From: Centroscyllium fabricii
Lineage: Eukaryota
Length of the DNA stretch: 64,000 nt
Assembly: GCA_051313645.2 (NCBI GenBank)
Contig: JBNRSN020000008.1
Location: forward strand, 276,582,001-276,646,000
Direction: 5' to 3'
Positions 10,801-24,200 of this stretch are shown piece after piece. A program made the translations under genes and the position numbers. How positions within the stretch are numbered: the stretch's first letter is position 1; each line of letters starts with the position of its first letter. The notes under the pieces were generated by a model. The model was not told the origin of the DNA. It was given only the letters and a program-made list of their open reading frames with translations, and ran no database searches.

Positions 10801-13188
10801 CAAGGCCCTGTCTTCAGATACTCGATCACATCTCCCTCAGTGTCCTGTGAAAACCAAGGTCCTGTCTTCAGATACTCGATCACATCTCCCTCTGAGTCCT
10901 GGGAAAACCAAGGCCCTGTCTTCAGATACTCGATCACATCTCCCTCTGAGTCTGGGAAAACCAAGGTCCTGTCTTCAGATACTCGATCACATCTCCCTCT
11001 GAGTCTGGGAAACCAAGGTCCTGTCTTCAGATACTCGATCACATCTCCCTCTGAGTCTGGGAAAACCAAGGCCCTGTCTTCAGATACTCGATCACATCTC
11101 CCTCTGAGTCTGGGAAAACCAAGGCCCTGTCTTCAGATACTAGATCACATCTCCCTCTGAGTCCGGTGAAAACCAAGGTCCTGTCTTCAGATACTCGATC
11201 ACATCTCCCTCTGAGTCCCGGGAAAACCAAGGCCCTGTCTTCAGATACTAGATCACATCTCCCTCTGAGTCCTGGGAAAACCAAGGCCCTGTCTTCAGAT
11301 ACTCGATCACATCTCCCCCTGAGTCTGGGAAAACCAAGGCCCTGTCTTCAGATACTAGATCACATCTCCCTCTGAGTCTGGGAAAACCAAGGCCCTGTCT
11401 TCAGATACTCGATCACATCTCCCCCTGAGTCTGGGAAAACCAAGGTCCTGTCTTCAGATACTCGATCACATCTCCCCGAGTCTGGGAAAACCAAGGCCCT
11501 GTCTTCAGATACTAGATCACATCTCCCTCTGAGTCCCGTGAAAACCAAGGCCCTGTCTTCAGATACTCGATCACATCTTCCCCTGAGTCTGGGAAAACCA
11601 AGGCCCTGTCTTCAGATACTCGATCACATCTCCCCCTGAGTCTGGGAAAACCAAGGTCCTGTCTTCAGATACTCGATCACATCTCCCCCTGAGTCCCGTG
11701 AAAACCAAGGCCCTGTCTTAAGATACTCGATCACATCTCCCCCTGAGTCTGGGAAAACCAAGGCCCTGTCTTCAGATACTAGATCACATCTCCCTCTGAG
11801 TCTGGGAAAACCAAGGCCCTGTCTTCAGATACTAGATCACATCTCCCTCTAAGTCCTGGGAAAACCAAGGTCCTGTCTTCAGATACTCGATCACATCTCC
11901 CTCTGAGTCCTGTGAAAACCAAGGTCCTGTCTTCAGATACTCGATCACATCTCCCTCTGAGTCCCGTGAAAACCAAGGCCCTGTCTTCAGATACTCGATC
12001 ACATCTCCCCCTGAGTCCTGGGAAAACCAAGGCCCTGTCTTCAGATACTCGATCACATCTCCCTCTGAGTCCGGTGAAAACCAAGGCCCTGTCTTCAGAT
12101 ACTCGATCACATCTCCCTCTGAGTCCTGGGAAAACCAAGGCCCTGTCTTCGGATACTCGATCACATCTCCCCCTGAGTCCGGTGAAAACCAAGGCCCTGT
12201 CTTCAGATACTCGATCACATCTCCCCCTGAGTCCGGTGAAAACCAAGGCCCTGTCTTCAGATACTCGATTACATCTCCCCGAGTCCTGGGAAAACCAAGG
12301 CCCTGTCTTCAGATACTCGATCACATCTCCCTCTGAGTCCCGGGGAAACCAAGGCCCTGTCTTCAGATACTCGAACACATCTCCCCCTGAGTCCTGGGAA
12401 AACCAAGGCCCAGTCTTCAGATACTCGATCACATCTCCCTCTGAGTCCCGGGGAAACCAAGGCCCTGTCTTCAGATACTCGATCACATCTCCCTCTGAGT
12501 CCGGTGAAAACCAAGGTCCTGTCTTCAGATACTCGATCACACCTCCCTCTGAGTCAGGTGAAAACCAAGGCCCTTTCTTCAGATACTAGATCACATCTCC
12601 CCCTGAGTCCTGGGAAAACCAAGGCCCTGTCTTCAGATACTACATCACATCTCCCTCTGAATCCGGTGAAAACCAAGGCCCTGTCTTCAGATACTCGATC
12701 ACATCTCCCCGAGTCCTGGGAAAACCAAGGCCCTGTCTTCAGATACTCGATCACATCTCCCCCTGAGCCTGGGAAAACCAAGGCCCTGTCTTCAGATACT
12801 CGATCACATCTCCCCCTGAGTCCGGTGAAAACCAAGGCCCTGTCTTCAGATACTCGATCACATCTCCCTCTGAGTCCTGGGAAAACCAAGGCCCTGTCTT
12901 CAGAAACTCGATCACATCTCCCTCTGAGTCCGGTGAAAACCAAGGCCCTGTCTTCAGATACTCGATCACATCTCCCCCTGAGTCTGTGAAACCAAGGCCC
13001 TGTCTTCAGATACTCGATCACATCTCCCCCTGAGTCCTGTGAAAACCAAGGCCCTGTCTTCAGATACTAGATCACATCTCCCTCTGAGTCCGGTGAAAAC
13101 CAAGGCCCTGTCTTCAGATACTAGATCACATCTCCCCCTGAGTCCGGTGAAAACCAAGGCCCTGTCTTCAGATACTCGATCACATCTC
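7816..13188 (+). repeat. 54-bp satellite block 1, about 100 monomers, no obvious higher-order period
   Basis: Tandem GATCACATCTCCC[T/C]CTGAGTCCNG[T/G]GAAAACCAAGG[C/T]CCTGTCTTCAGATACT[C/A], with frequent 53-bp variants. Confidence 0.98.
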
Positions 13189-13449
13189 TCATGTTTCTGA
13201 ATGTTTGGAATGATTTGTTCACTCACACAACTCAATACTAGCTCCAACATTTGAAATGTTGACGTGTCCCCGTATATTCTTTTTAAAAACACAACTTTAT
13301 CTCTCACTACTTCAAATCCTCTTTCCATTTTCGTGCCAATAACTTTTCACTATTTCTTAAATCTTTTGTCTCAACTCCAGCATTTTTATTAATTCCGCTC
13401 TCGTCTCCGATCCGGATATTTCCCAATCTCCAGTCACATCCCCTGATAA

Positions 13450-13979
13450 CTTCCCATTGCTCCATTCACCTTTTCTGTAAAACTATTATTTTTGGACGGT
13501 ACAGATGGCGGTCGGCCCTTCCCTTCCATCGGAGCTCACTCTAGTGCCCCAGGAATGTGACAACTTCCCTCCTGCTCCAATCATCAGCCGCATATTGACC
13601 TGTCTCATATTTCCCTCCTTAAGCAGCCCAGTGCAAAACAATCCGGAGATCAACAGCTTGAGGCCTGGTTTCTCAGTGTAGTGCCTCAGTATTAGTAGTC
13701 CCTCTATAAACGTATTTCTATCCGTGTTACTGGCTCCGACCACGGCTATTTCCTTCCCAGAGATGGTCCCACCCGTTCAAGGATGTTCTTCCCACTGGCA
13801 CCAGGGAGGTAACTAACCATTCAGGACCTGCTCAGGGCTACAGAAGAGGTTGTTTATTCCCCAACTATACAATCTGACACCAGTACCGCTCTCTTATTCC
13901 TGTGCCCCACCCTGTCTCTCACTCTCACCCCACTGGGTGGCCTCCTGCTCTCTGGTACCACACTGCTTGCTCAAGAAGA
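13450..13979 (-). pseudogene. Highly decayed CR1 ORF1 esterase relic inside the satellite spacer
   Basis: Minus-strand pieces KRAVLVSDCIV, NLFCS, MVSYLPGASGKNILERV, KPGLKLLISGL, RQVNMRL and WSRREVVTFLGH fall in the same order as the recalled CR1 ORF1 motifs RAIVIGDSIV, RFC, MVCCLPGARVKDVSERL, KSRTSKVVISGL, QMNAWL and WCRREGFRFLDH. Confidence 0.7.
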
Positions 13980-14168
13980 TGATCCTGAGTCACTGTCTCT
14001 ATCCACCTTACAGTCCCCAATACCAGGTATCTATTGGACAGTTCCAGTACTCAGGGCTCCCTCCACCTGTGACTGTGATCCTCTGAGTCACTGTCTCTAT
14101 CCACCTTACAGTCCCCAATACCAGGTATCTATTGGACAGTTCAAGTACTCAGGGGCTCCCTCCACCTG
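13980..14168 (-). repeat. Two tandem ~98-bp units; inverted partner of 7604-7788
   Basis: CTGAGTCACTGTCTCTATCCACCTTACAGTCCCCAATACCAGGTATCTATTGGACAGTTC starts at 13985 and 14083. Confidence 0.92.
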
Positions 14169-14908
14169 ATACTCGATCACATCTCCCTCTGAGTCCGGTG
14201 AAAACCAAGGTCCTGTCTTCAGATACTAGATCACATCTCCCTCTGAGTCCTGGGAAAACCAAGGCCCTGTCTTCAGATACTCGATCACATCTCCCTCTGA
14301 GTCCCGTGAAAACCAAGGCCCTGTCTTCAGATACTAGATCACATCTCCCTCTGAGTCCGGTGAAAACCAAGGTCCTGTCTTCAGATACTAGATCACATCT
14401 CCCTCTGAGTCCGGTGAAAACCAAGGCCCTGTCTTCTGATACTAGATCACATCTCCCTCTGAGTCCGGTGAAAACCAAGGTCCTGTCTTCAGATGCTCGA
14501 TCACATCTGCCTCTGAGTCCTGGGAAAACCAAGGCCCTGTCTTCAGATACTCGATCACATCTCCCTTTGAGTCCGGTGAAAACCAAGGCCCTGTCTTCAG
14601 ATACTCGATCACATCTCCCTTTGAGTCCGGTGAAAACCAAGGTCCTGTCTTCAGATACTAGATCACATCTCCCTCAGTCCTGGGAAAACCAAGGCCCTGT
14701 CTTCAGATACTCGATCACATCTCCCTCTGAGTCCCGGAAAACCAAGGCCCTGTCTTCAGATACTCGATCACATCTCCCTCTGAGTCCCGTGAAAACCAAG
14801 GTCCTATCTTCAGATACTAGATCACATCTCCCCCTGAGTCTGGGAAAACCAAGGCCCTGTCTTCAGATACTCGATCACATCTCCCCCTGAGTCTGGGAAA
14901 ACCAAGGC
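14168..14908 (+). repeat. 54-bp satellite block 2a, about 14 monomers; duplicate of the start of block 1
   Basis: Same orientation and same order of rare variants as 7816-8715, at offset 6193. Confidence 0.95.
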
Positions 14909-17900
14909 CCTTGGTTTTCCCAGGACTCAAAGGGAGATGTGATCTAGTATCTGAAGACAGGGCCTTGGTTTCCCCGGGACTCAGAGGGAGATGTGATCGA
15001 GTATCTGAAGACAGGACCTTGGTTGTCACCGGACTCAGAGGGAGATGTGATCTAGTATCTGAAGACAGGGCCTTGGCTTTCCCAGGACTCAGGGGGAGAT
15101 GTGATCGAGTATCTGAAGACAGGGCCTTGGTTTTCACAGGACTCAGGGGGAGATGTGATCTAGTATCTGAAGACAGGGCCTTGGTTTTCACGGGACTCAG
15201 GGGGAGATGTGATCGAGTATCTGAAGACAGGACCTTGATTTTCCCAGACTCAGAGGGAGATGTGATCGAGTATCTGAAGACAGGGCCTTGGTTTTCCCGG
15301 GACTCAGGGGGAGATGTGATCTAGTATCTGAAGACAGGGCCTTGGTTTTCCCAGGACTCAGAGGGAGATGTGATCGAGTATCTGAAGACAGGGCCTTGGT
15401 TTTCCCAGACTCAGAGGGAGATGTGATGGAGTATCTGAAGACAGGGCCTTGGTTTTCCCAGGACTCAGAGGGAGATGTGATCGAGTATCTGAAGACAGGG
15501 CCTTGGTTTTCACCGGACTCAGGGGGAGATGTGATCGAGTATCTGAAGACAGGGCCTTGGTTTTCACAGACTCAGAGGGAGATGTGATCGAGTATCTGAA
15601 GACAGGGCCTTGGTTTTCACAGGACTCAGGGGGAGATGTGATCGAGTATCTGAAGACAGGACATTGGTATCCCAGGACTCAGGGGGAGATGTGATCTAGT
15701 ATCTGAAGACAGGGCCTTGGTTTTCCCGGGACTCAGAGGGAGATGTGATCGAGTATCTGAAGACAGGGCCTTGGTTTTCCCGGGACTCAGAGGGAGATGA
15801 GATCGAGTATCTGAAGACAGGGCCTTGGTTTTCCAAGGACTCATGGGGAGATGTGATCGAGTATCTGAAGACAGGGCCTTGGTTTTCACAGACTCGGGGA
15901 GATGTGATCTAGTATCTGAAGACAGGGTCTTGGATTTCCCAGGACTCAGAGGGAGATGTGATCGAGTATCTGAAGACAGGGCCTTGGTTTTCCCAGACTC
16001 AGGGGGAGATGTGATCGAGTATCTGAAGACAGGGCCTTGGTTTTCCCAGGACTCAGAGGGAGATGTGATCTAGTATCTGAAGACAGGGCCTTGCTTTTCA
16101 CCGGACTCAGGGGAGATGTGATCTAGTATCTGAAGACAGGACCTTGGTTTTCCCAGGACTCAGTGGGAGATGTGATCTAGTATCTGAAGACAGGACCTTG
16201 GTTTTCCCAGGACTCAGAGGGAGATGTGATCTAGTATCTGAAGACAGGGCCTTGGTTTTCACCGGACTCAGAGGGAGATGTGATCTAGTATCTGAAGACA
16301 GGGCTTTGGTTTTCCCAGGACTCAGAGGGAGATGTGATCTAGTATCTGAAGACAGGGCCTTGGTTTTCACGGGACTCAGAGGGAGATGTGATCGAGTATC
16401 TGAAGACAGGGCCTTTGTTTTCCCAGACTCAGAGGGAGATGTGATCGAGTATCTGAAGACAGGGCCTTGGTTTTCACCGGACTCAGAGGGAGATGTGATC
16501 TAGTATCTGAAGACAGGGCCTTGGTTTCCCCGGGACTCAGAGGGAGATGTGATCGAGTATCTGAAGACAGGGCCTTGGTTTTCCCAGGACTCAGGGAGAG
16601 ATGTGATCGAGTATCTGAAGACAGGGCCTTAGTTTTCCCAGGACTCAGAGGGAGATGTGATCGAGTATCTGAAGACAGGGCCTTGGTTTTCACGGGACTC
16701 AGAGGGAGATGGGATCGAGTATCTGAAGACAGGGCCTTGGATTTCCCAGACTCAGAGGGAGATGTGATCGCGTATCTGAAGACAGGGCCTTGGTTATCAC
16801 CGGACTCAGAGGGAGATGTGATCTAGTATCTGAAGACAGGACCTTGGTTTCCCCGGGACTCCGGGGGAGATGTGATCGAGTATCTGAAGACAGGGCCTTG
16901 GTTTCCCAGGACTCAGAGGGAGATGTGATCGAGTATCTGAAGACAGGGCCTTGGTTTTCCCAGGACTCAGAGGGAGATGTGATCGTGTATCTGAAGACAG
17001 GGCCTTGGTTTTTCCCAGGACTCAGAGGGAGATGTGATCGAGTATCTGAAGACAGGGCCTTGGTTTTCACCGGACTCAGAGGGAGATGTGATCTAGTATC
17101 TGAAGACAGGACCTTGGTTTCCCCGGGACTCAGGGGGAGATGTGATCTAGTATCTGAAGACAGGGCCTTGGTTTTCCCGGGACTCAGAGGGAGATGTGAT
17201 CGAGTATCTGAAGACAGGGCCTTGGTTTTCCCGGGACTCAGAGGGAGATGTGATCGAGTATCTGAAGACAGGGCCTTGGTTTTCCCGGGACTCAGAGGGA
17301 GATGTGATCTAGTATCTGAAGACAGGACCTTGGTTTTCCCAGGACTCAGAGGGAGATGTGATCGAGTATCTGAAGACAGGGCCTTGGTTTTCCCGGGACT
17401 CAGAGGGAGATGTGATCTAGTATCTGAAGACAGGGACTCGGTTTTCAGCGGACTCAGGGGGAGATGTGATCTAGTATCTGAAGACAGGGCCTTGGTTTTC
17501 ACGGGACTCGTGGAGATGTGATCGAGTATCTGAAGACAGGGCCTTGGTTTTCACAGGACTCAGAGGGAGATGTGATCTAGTATCTGAAGACAGGACCTTG
17601 GTTTTCACGGGACTCAGAGGGAGATGTGATCGAGTATCTGAAGACAGGGCCTTGGTTTTCCCCGGGACTCAGAGGGAGATGTGATCTAGTATCTGAAGAC
17701 AGGGCCTTGGTTTTCACGGGACTCAGAGGGAGATGTGATCGAGTATCTGAAGACAGGGCCTTGGTTTTCACGGGACTCAGAGGGAGATGTGATCGAGTAT
17801 CTGAAGAAAGGACCTTGGTTTTCCCAGACTCAGAGGGAGATGTGATCTAGTATCTGAAGACAGGGCTTTGGTTTTCCCAGACGCAGAGGGAGATGTGATC

Positions 17901-20900
17901 TAGTATCTGAAGACAGGGCCTTGGTTTTCACAGGACTCAGGGGGAGATGTGATCGAGTATCTGAAGACAGGGCCTTGGTTTTCCCAGGACTCAGAGGGAG
18001 ATGTGATCTAGTATCTGAAGACAGGGCCTTTGTTTTCACTGGACTCAGGGGGAGATGTGATCGAGTATCTGAAGACAGGGCCTTGGTTTTCACTGGACTC
18101 AGGGGGAGATGTGATCGAGTATCTGAAGACAGGACCTTGGTTTTCACGGGACTCAGAGGGAGATGTGATCTAGTATCTGAAGACAGGGCCTTGGTTTTCA
18201 CGGGACTCAGAGGGAGATGTGATCGAGTATCTGAAGACAGGGCCTTGGTTTTCACAGGACTCACAGGGAGATGTGATCTAGTATCTGAAGACAGGGCCTT
18301 GGTTTTCCCAGGACTCAGAGGGAGATGTGATCTAGTATCTGAAGACAGGACCTTGGTTTTCCCAGGACTCAGAGGGAGATGTGATCTAGTATCTGAGACA
18401 GGGCCTTGGTTTTCCCAGGACTCAGAGGGAGATGTGATCTAGTATCTGAAGACAGGGCCTTGGTTTTCCCAGACTCAGAGGGAGATGTGATCTAGTATCT
18501 GAAGACAGGGCCTTGGTTTCCCAGACTCAGAGGGAGATGTGATCGAGTATCTGAAGACAGGGCCATGGTTTTCACGGGACTCAGAGGGAGATGTGATCTA
18601 GTATCTGAAGACAGGGCCTTGGTTTTCACGGGACTCAGAGGGAGATGTGATCGAGTATCTGAAGACAGGGCCTTGGTTTTCACAGGACTCACAGGGAGAT
18701 GTGATCTAGTATCTGAAGACAGGGCCTTGGTTTTCCCAGGACTCAGAGGGAGATGTGATCTAGTATCTGAAGACAGGACCTTGGTTTTCCCAGGACTCAG
18801 AGGGAGATGTGATCTAGTATCTGAGACAGGGCCTTGGTTTTCCCAGGACTCAGAGGGAGATGTGATCTAGTATCTGAAGACAGGGCCTTGGTTTTCCCAG
18901 ACTCAGAGGGAGATGTGATCTAGTATCTGAAGACAGGGCCTTGGTTTCCCAGACTCAGAGGGAGATGTGATCGAGTATCTGAAGACAGGGCCATGGTTTT
19001 CACGGGACTCAGGGGGAGATGTGATCGAGTATCTGAAGACAGGGCCTTGGTTTTCCCAGGACTCAGAGGGAGATGTGATCTAGTATCTGAAGACAGGACC
19101 TTGGTTTTCCCAGGACTCAGAGAGAGATGTGACCTAGTATTTGAAGACAGGGCCTTGGTTTTCCCAGGACTCAGAGGGAGATGTGATCTAGTATCTGAAG
19201 ACAAGGCCTTGGTTTTCCGAGACTCAGGGGGAGATGTGATCGAGTATCTGAAGACAGGACCTTGGTTTTCCCAGACTCAGAGGGAGATGTGATCGAGTAT
19301 CTGAAGACAGGGCGTTGGTTTTCACGGGACTCAGGGGGAGATGTGATCGAGTATCTGAAGACAGGACCTTGGTTTTCCCAGGACTCAGAGGGAGATGTGA
19401 TCGAGTATCTGAAGACAGGACCTTGGTTTTCACCGGACTCAGAGGGAGATGTGATCGAGTATCTGAAGACAGGACCTTGGTTTTCCCAGGACTCAGAGGG
19501 AGATGTGATCTAGTATCTGAAGACAGGGCCTTGGTTTTCCCAGACTCAGAGGGAGATGTGATCTAGTATCTGAAGACAGGACCTTGGTTTTCCCGGGACT
19601 CAGGGGGAGATGTGATCGAGTATCTGAAGACAGGGCCTTGGTTTTCACTGGACTCAGGGGGAGATGTGATCTAGTATCTGAAGACAGGGCCTTGGTTTTC
19701 ACAGGACTCAGGGGGAGATGTGATCTAGTATCTGAAGACAGGGCCTTGGTTTTCACTGGACTCAGGGGGAGATGTGATCTAGTATCTGAAGACAGGACCT
19801 TGGTTTTCCCAGGACTCACAGGGAGATGTGATCGAGTATCTAAAGACAGGGCCTTGGTTTTCCCGGGACTCAGAGGGAGATGTGATCTAGTATCTGAAGA
19901 CAGGGACTCGGTTTTCAGCGGACTCAGGGGGAGATGTGATCTAGTATCTGAAGACAGGGCCTTGGTTTTCACGGGACTCGTGGAGATGTGATCGAGTATC
20001 TGAAGACAGGGCCTTGGTTTTCACAGGACTCAGAGGGAGATGTGATCTAGTATCTGAAGACAGGACCTTGGATTTCACGGGACTCAGAGGGAGATGTGAT
20101 CGAGTATCTGAAGACAGGGCCTTGGTTTTCCCCGGGACTCAGAGGGAGATGTGATCTAGTATCTGAAGACAGGGCCTTGGTTTTCACGGGACTCAGAGGG
20201 AGATGTGATCGAGTATCTGAAGACAGGGCCTTGGTTTTCACGGGACTCAGAGGGAGATGTGATCGAGTATCTGAAGAAAGGACCTTGGTTTTCCCAGACT
20301 CAGAGGGAGATGTGATCTAGTATCTGAAGACAGGGCTTTGGTTTTCCCAGACGCAGAGGGAGATGTGATCTAGTATCTGAAGACAGGGCCTTGGTTTTCA
20401 CAGGACTCAGGGGGAGATGTGATCGAGTATCTGAAGACAGGGCCTTGGTTTTCCCAGGACTCAGAGGGAGATGTGATCTAGTATCTGAAGACAGGGCCTT
20501 TGTTTTCACTGGACTCAGGGGGAGATGTGATCGAGTATCTGAAGACAGGGCCTTGGTTTTCACTGGACTCAGGGGGAGATGTGATCGAGTATCTGAAGAC
20601 AGGACCTTGGTTTTCACGGGACTCAGAGGGAGATGTGATCTAGTATCTGAAGACAGGGCCTTGGTTTTCACGGGACTCAGAGGGAGATGTGATCGAGTAT
20701 CTGAAGACAGGGCCTTGGTTTTCACAGGACTCACAGGGAGATGTGATCTAGTATCTGAAGACAGGGCCTTGGTTTTCCCAGGACTCAGAGGGAGATGTGA
20801 TCTAGTATCTGAAGACAGGACCTTGGTTTTCCCAGGACTCAGAGGGAGATGTGATCTAGTATCTGAGACAGGGCCTTGGTTTTCCCAGGACTCAGAGGGA

Positions 20901-21299
20901 GATGTGATCTAGTATCTGAAGACAGGGCCTTGGTTTTCCCAGACTCAGAGGGAGATGTGATCTAGTATCTGAAGACAGGGCCTTGGTTTCCCAGACTCAG
21001 AGGGAGATGTGATCGAGTATCTGAAGACAGGGCCATGGTTTTCACGGGACTCAGAGGGAGATGTGATCTAGTATCTGAAGACAGGGCCTTGGTTTTCACG
21101 GGACTCAGAGGGAGATGTGATCGAGTATCTGAAGACAGGGCCTTGGTTTTCACAGGACTCACAGGGAGATGTGATCTAGTATCTGAAGACAGGGCCTTGG
21201 TTTTCCCAGGACTCAGAGGGAGATGTGATCTAGTATCTGAAGACAGGACCTTGGTTTTCCCAGGACTCAGAGGGAGATGTGATCGAGTATCTGAGACAG

Positions 21300-24200
21300 G
21301 ACCTTGGTTTTCCCAGGACTCAGAGGGAGATGTGATCGAGTATCTGAAGACAGGACCTTGGTTTTCACCGGACTCAGAGGGAGATGTGATCGAGTATCTG
21401 AAGACAGGACCTTGGTTTTCCCAGGACTCAGAGGGAGATGTGATCTAGTATCTGAAGACAGGGCCTTGGTTTTCCCAGACTCAGAGGGAGATGTGATCTA
21501 GTATCTGAAGACAGGACCTTGGTTTTCCCGGGACTCAGGGGGAGATGTGATCGAGTATCTGAAGACAGGGCCTTGGTTTTCACTGGACTCAGGGGGAGAT
21601 GTGATCTAGTATCTGAAGACAGGGCCTTGGTTTTCACAGGACTCAGGGGGAGATGTGATCTAGTATCTGAAGACAGGGCCTTGGTTTTCACTGGACTCAG
21701 GGGGAGATGTGATCGAGTATCTGAAGACAGGGCCTTGGTTTTCACAGGACTCAGGGGGAGATGTGATCGAGTATCTGAAGACAGGACCGTGGTTTTCACG
21801 GGACTCAGAGGGAGATGTGATCGAGTATCTGAAGACAGGGCCTTGGTTTTCCCAGACTCAGAGGGAGATGTGATCGAGTATCTGAAGACAGGGCCTTGGT
21901 TTTCACCGGACTCAGAGGGAGATGTGATCTAGTATCTGAAGACAGGACCTTGGTTTCCCCGGGACACCGGGGGAGATGTGATCGAGTATCTGAAGACAGG
22001 GCCTTGGTTTCCCAGGACTCAGAGGGAGATGTGATCGAGTATCTGAAGACAGGGCCTTGGTTTTCCCAGGACTCAGAGGGAGATCTGATCGTGTATCTGA
22101 AGACAGGGCCTTGGTTTTTCCCAGGACTCAGAGGGAGATGTGATCGAGTATCTGAAGACAGGGCCTTGGTTTTCATCGGACTCAGAGGGAGATGTGATCT
22201 AGTATCTGAAGACAGGACCTTGGTTTCCCCGGGACTCAGGGGGAGATGTGATCTAGTATCTGAAGACAAGGCCTTGGTTTTCCCGGGACTCAGAGGGAGA
22301 TGTGATCGAGTATCTGAAGACAGGGCCTTGGTTTTCCCGGGACTCAGAGGGAGATGTGATCGAGTATCTGAAGACAGGGCCTTGGTTTTCCCGGGACTCA
22401 GAGGGAGATGTGATCTAGTATCTGAAGACAGGACCTTGGTTTTCCCAGGACTCAGAGGGAGATGTGATCGAGTATCTGAAGACAGGGCCTTGGTTTTCCC
22501 GGGACTCAGAGGGAGATGTGATCTAGTATCTGAAGACAGGGACTTGGTTTTCAGCGGACTCAGGGGGAGATGTGATCTAGTATCTGAAGACAGGGCCTTG
22601 GTTTTCACGGGACTCGGGGAGATGTGATCGAGTATCTGAAGACAGGGCCTTGGTTTTCACAGGACTCAGAGGGAGATGTGATCTAGTATCTGAAGACAGG
22701 ACCTTGGTTTTCACGGGACTCAGAGGGAGATGTGATCGAGTATCTGAAGACAGGGCCTTGGTTTTCCCCGGGACTCAGAGGGAGATGTGATCTAGTATCT
22801 GAAGACAGGGCCTTGGTTTTCACGGGACTCAGAGGGAGATGTGATCGAGTATCTGAAGACAGGGCCTTGGTTTTCACGGGACTCAGAGGGAGATGTGATC
22901 GAGTATCTGAAGACAGGACCTTGGTTTTCCCAGACTCAGAGGGAGATGTGATCTAGTATCTGAAGACAGGGCTTTGGTTTTCCCAGACTCAGAGGGAGAT
23001 GTGATCTAGTATCTGAAGACAGGGCCTTGGTTTTCACAGGACTCAGGGGGAGATGTGATCGAGTATCTGAAGACAGGGCCTTGGTTTTCCCAGGACTCAG
23101 AGGGAGATGTGATCTAGTATCTGAAGACAGGGCCTTGGTTTTCACTGGACTCAGGGGGAGATGTGATCGAGTATCTGAAGACAGGGCCTTGGTTTTCACA
23201 GGACTCAGGGGGAGATGTGATCGAGTATCTGAAGACAGGGCCTTGGTTTTCCCAGGACTCAGAGGGAGATGTGATCTAGTATCTGAAGACAGGACCTTGG
23301 TTTTCCCAGGACTCAGAGAGAGATGTGACCTAGTATCTGAAGACAGGGCCTTGGTTTTCCCAGGACTCAGAGGGAGATGTGATCTAGTAACTGAAGACAA
23401 GGCCTTGGTTTTCCCAGACTCAGGGGGAGATGTGATCGAGTATCTGAAGACAGGACCTTGGTTTTCCCAGACTCAGAGGGAGATGTGATCGAGTATCTGA
23501 AGACAGGGCGTTGGTTTTCACGGGACTCAGGGGGAGATGTGATCGAGTATCTGAAGACAGGACCTTGGTTTTCCCAGGACTCAGAGGGAGATGAGATCGA
23601 GTATCTGAAGACAGGACCTTGGTTTTCACCGGACTCAGAAGGAGATGTGATCGAGTATCTGAAGACAGGACCTTGGTTTTCCCAGGACTCAGAGGGAGAT
23701 GTGATCTAGTATCTGAAGACAGGGCCTTGGTTTTCCCAGACTCAGAGGGAGATGTGATCTAGTATCTGAAGACAGGACCTTGGTTTTCCCGGGACTCAGG
23801 GGGAGATGTGATCGAGTATCTGAAGACAGGGCCTTGGTTTTCACTGGACTCAGGGGGAGATGTGATCTAGTATCTGAAGACAGGGCCTTGGTTTTCACAG
23901 GACTCAGGGGGAGATGTGATCTAGTATCTGAAGACAGGGCCTTGGTTTTCACTGGACTCAGGGGGAGATGTGATCGAGTATCTGAAGACAGGGCCTTGGT
24001 TTTCACAGGACTCAGGGGGAGATGTGATCGAGTATCTGAAGACAGGACCTTGGTTTTCACGGGACTCAGAGGGAGATGTGATCGAGTATCTGAAGACAGG
24101 GCCTTGGTTTTCCCAGACTCAGAGGGAGATGTGATCGAGTATCTGAAGACAGGGCCTTGGTTTTCACCGGACTCAGAGGGAGATGTGATCTAGTATCTGA

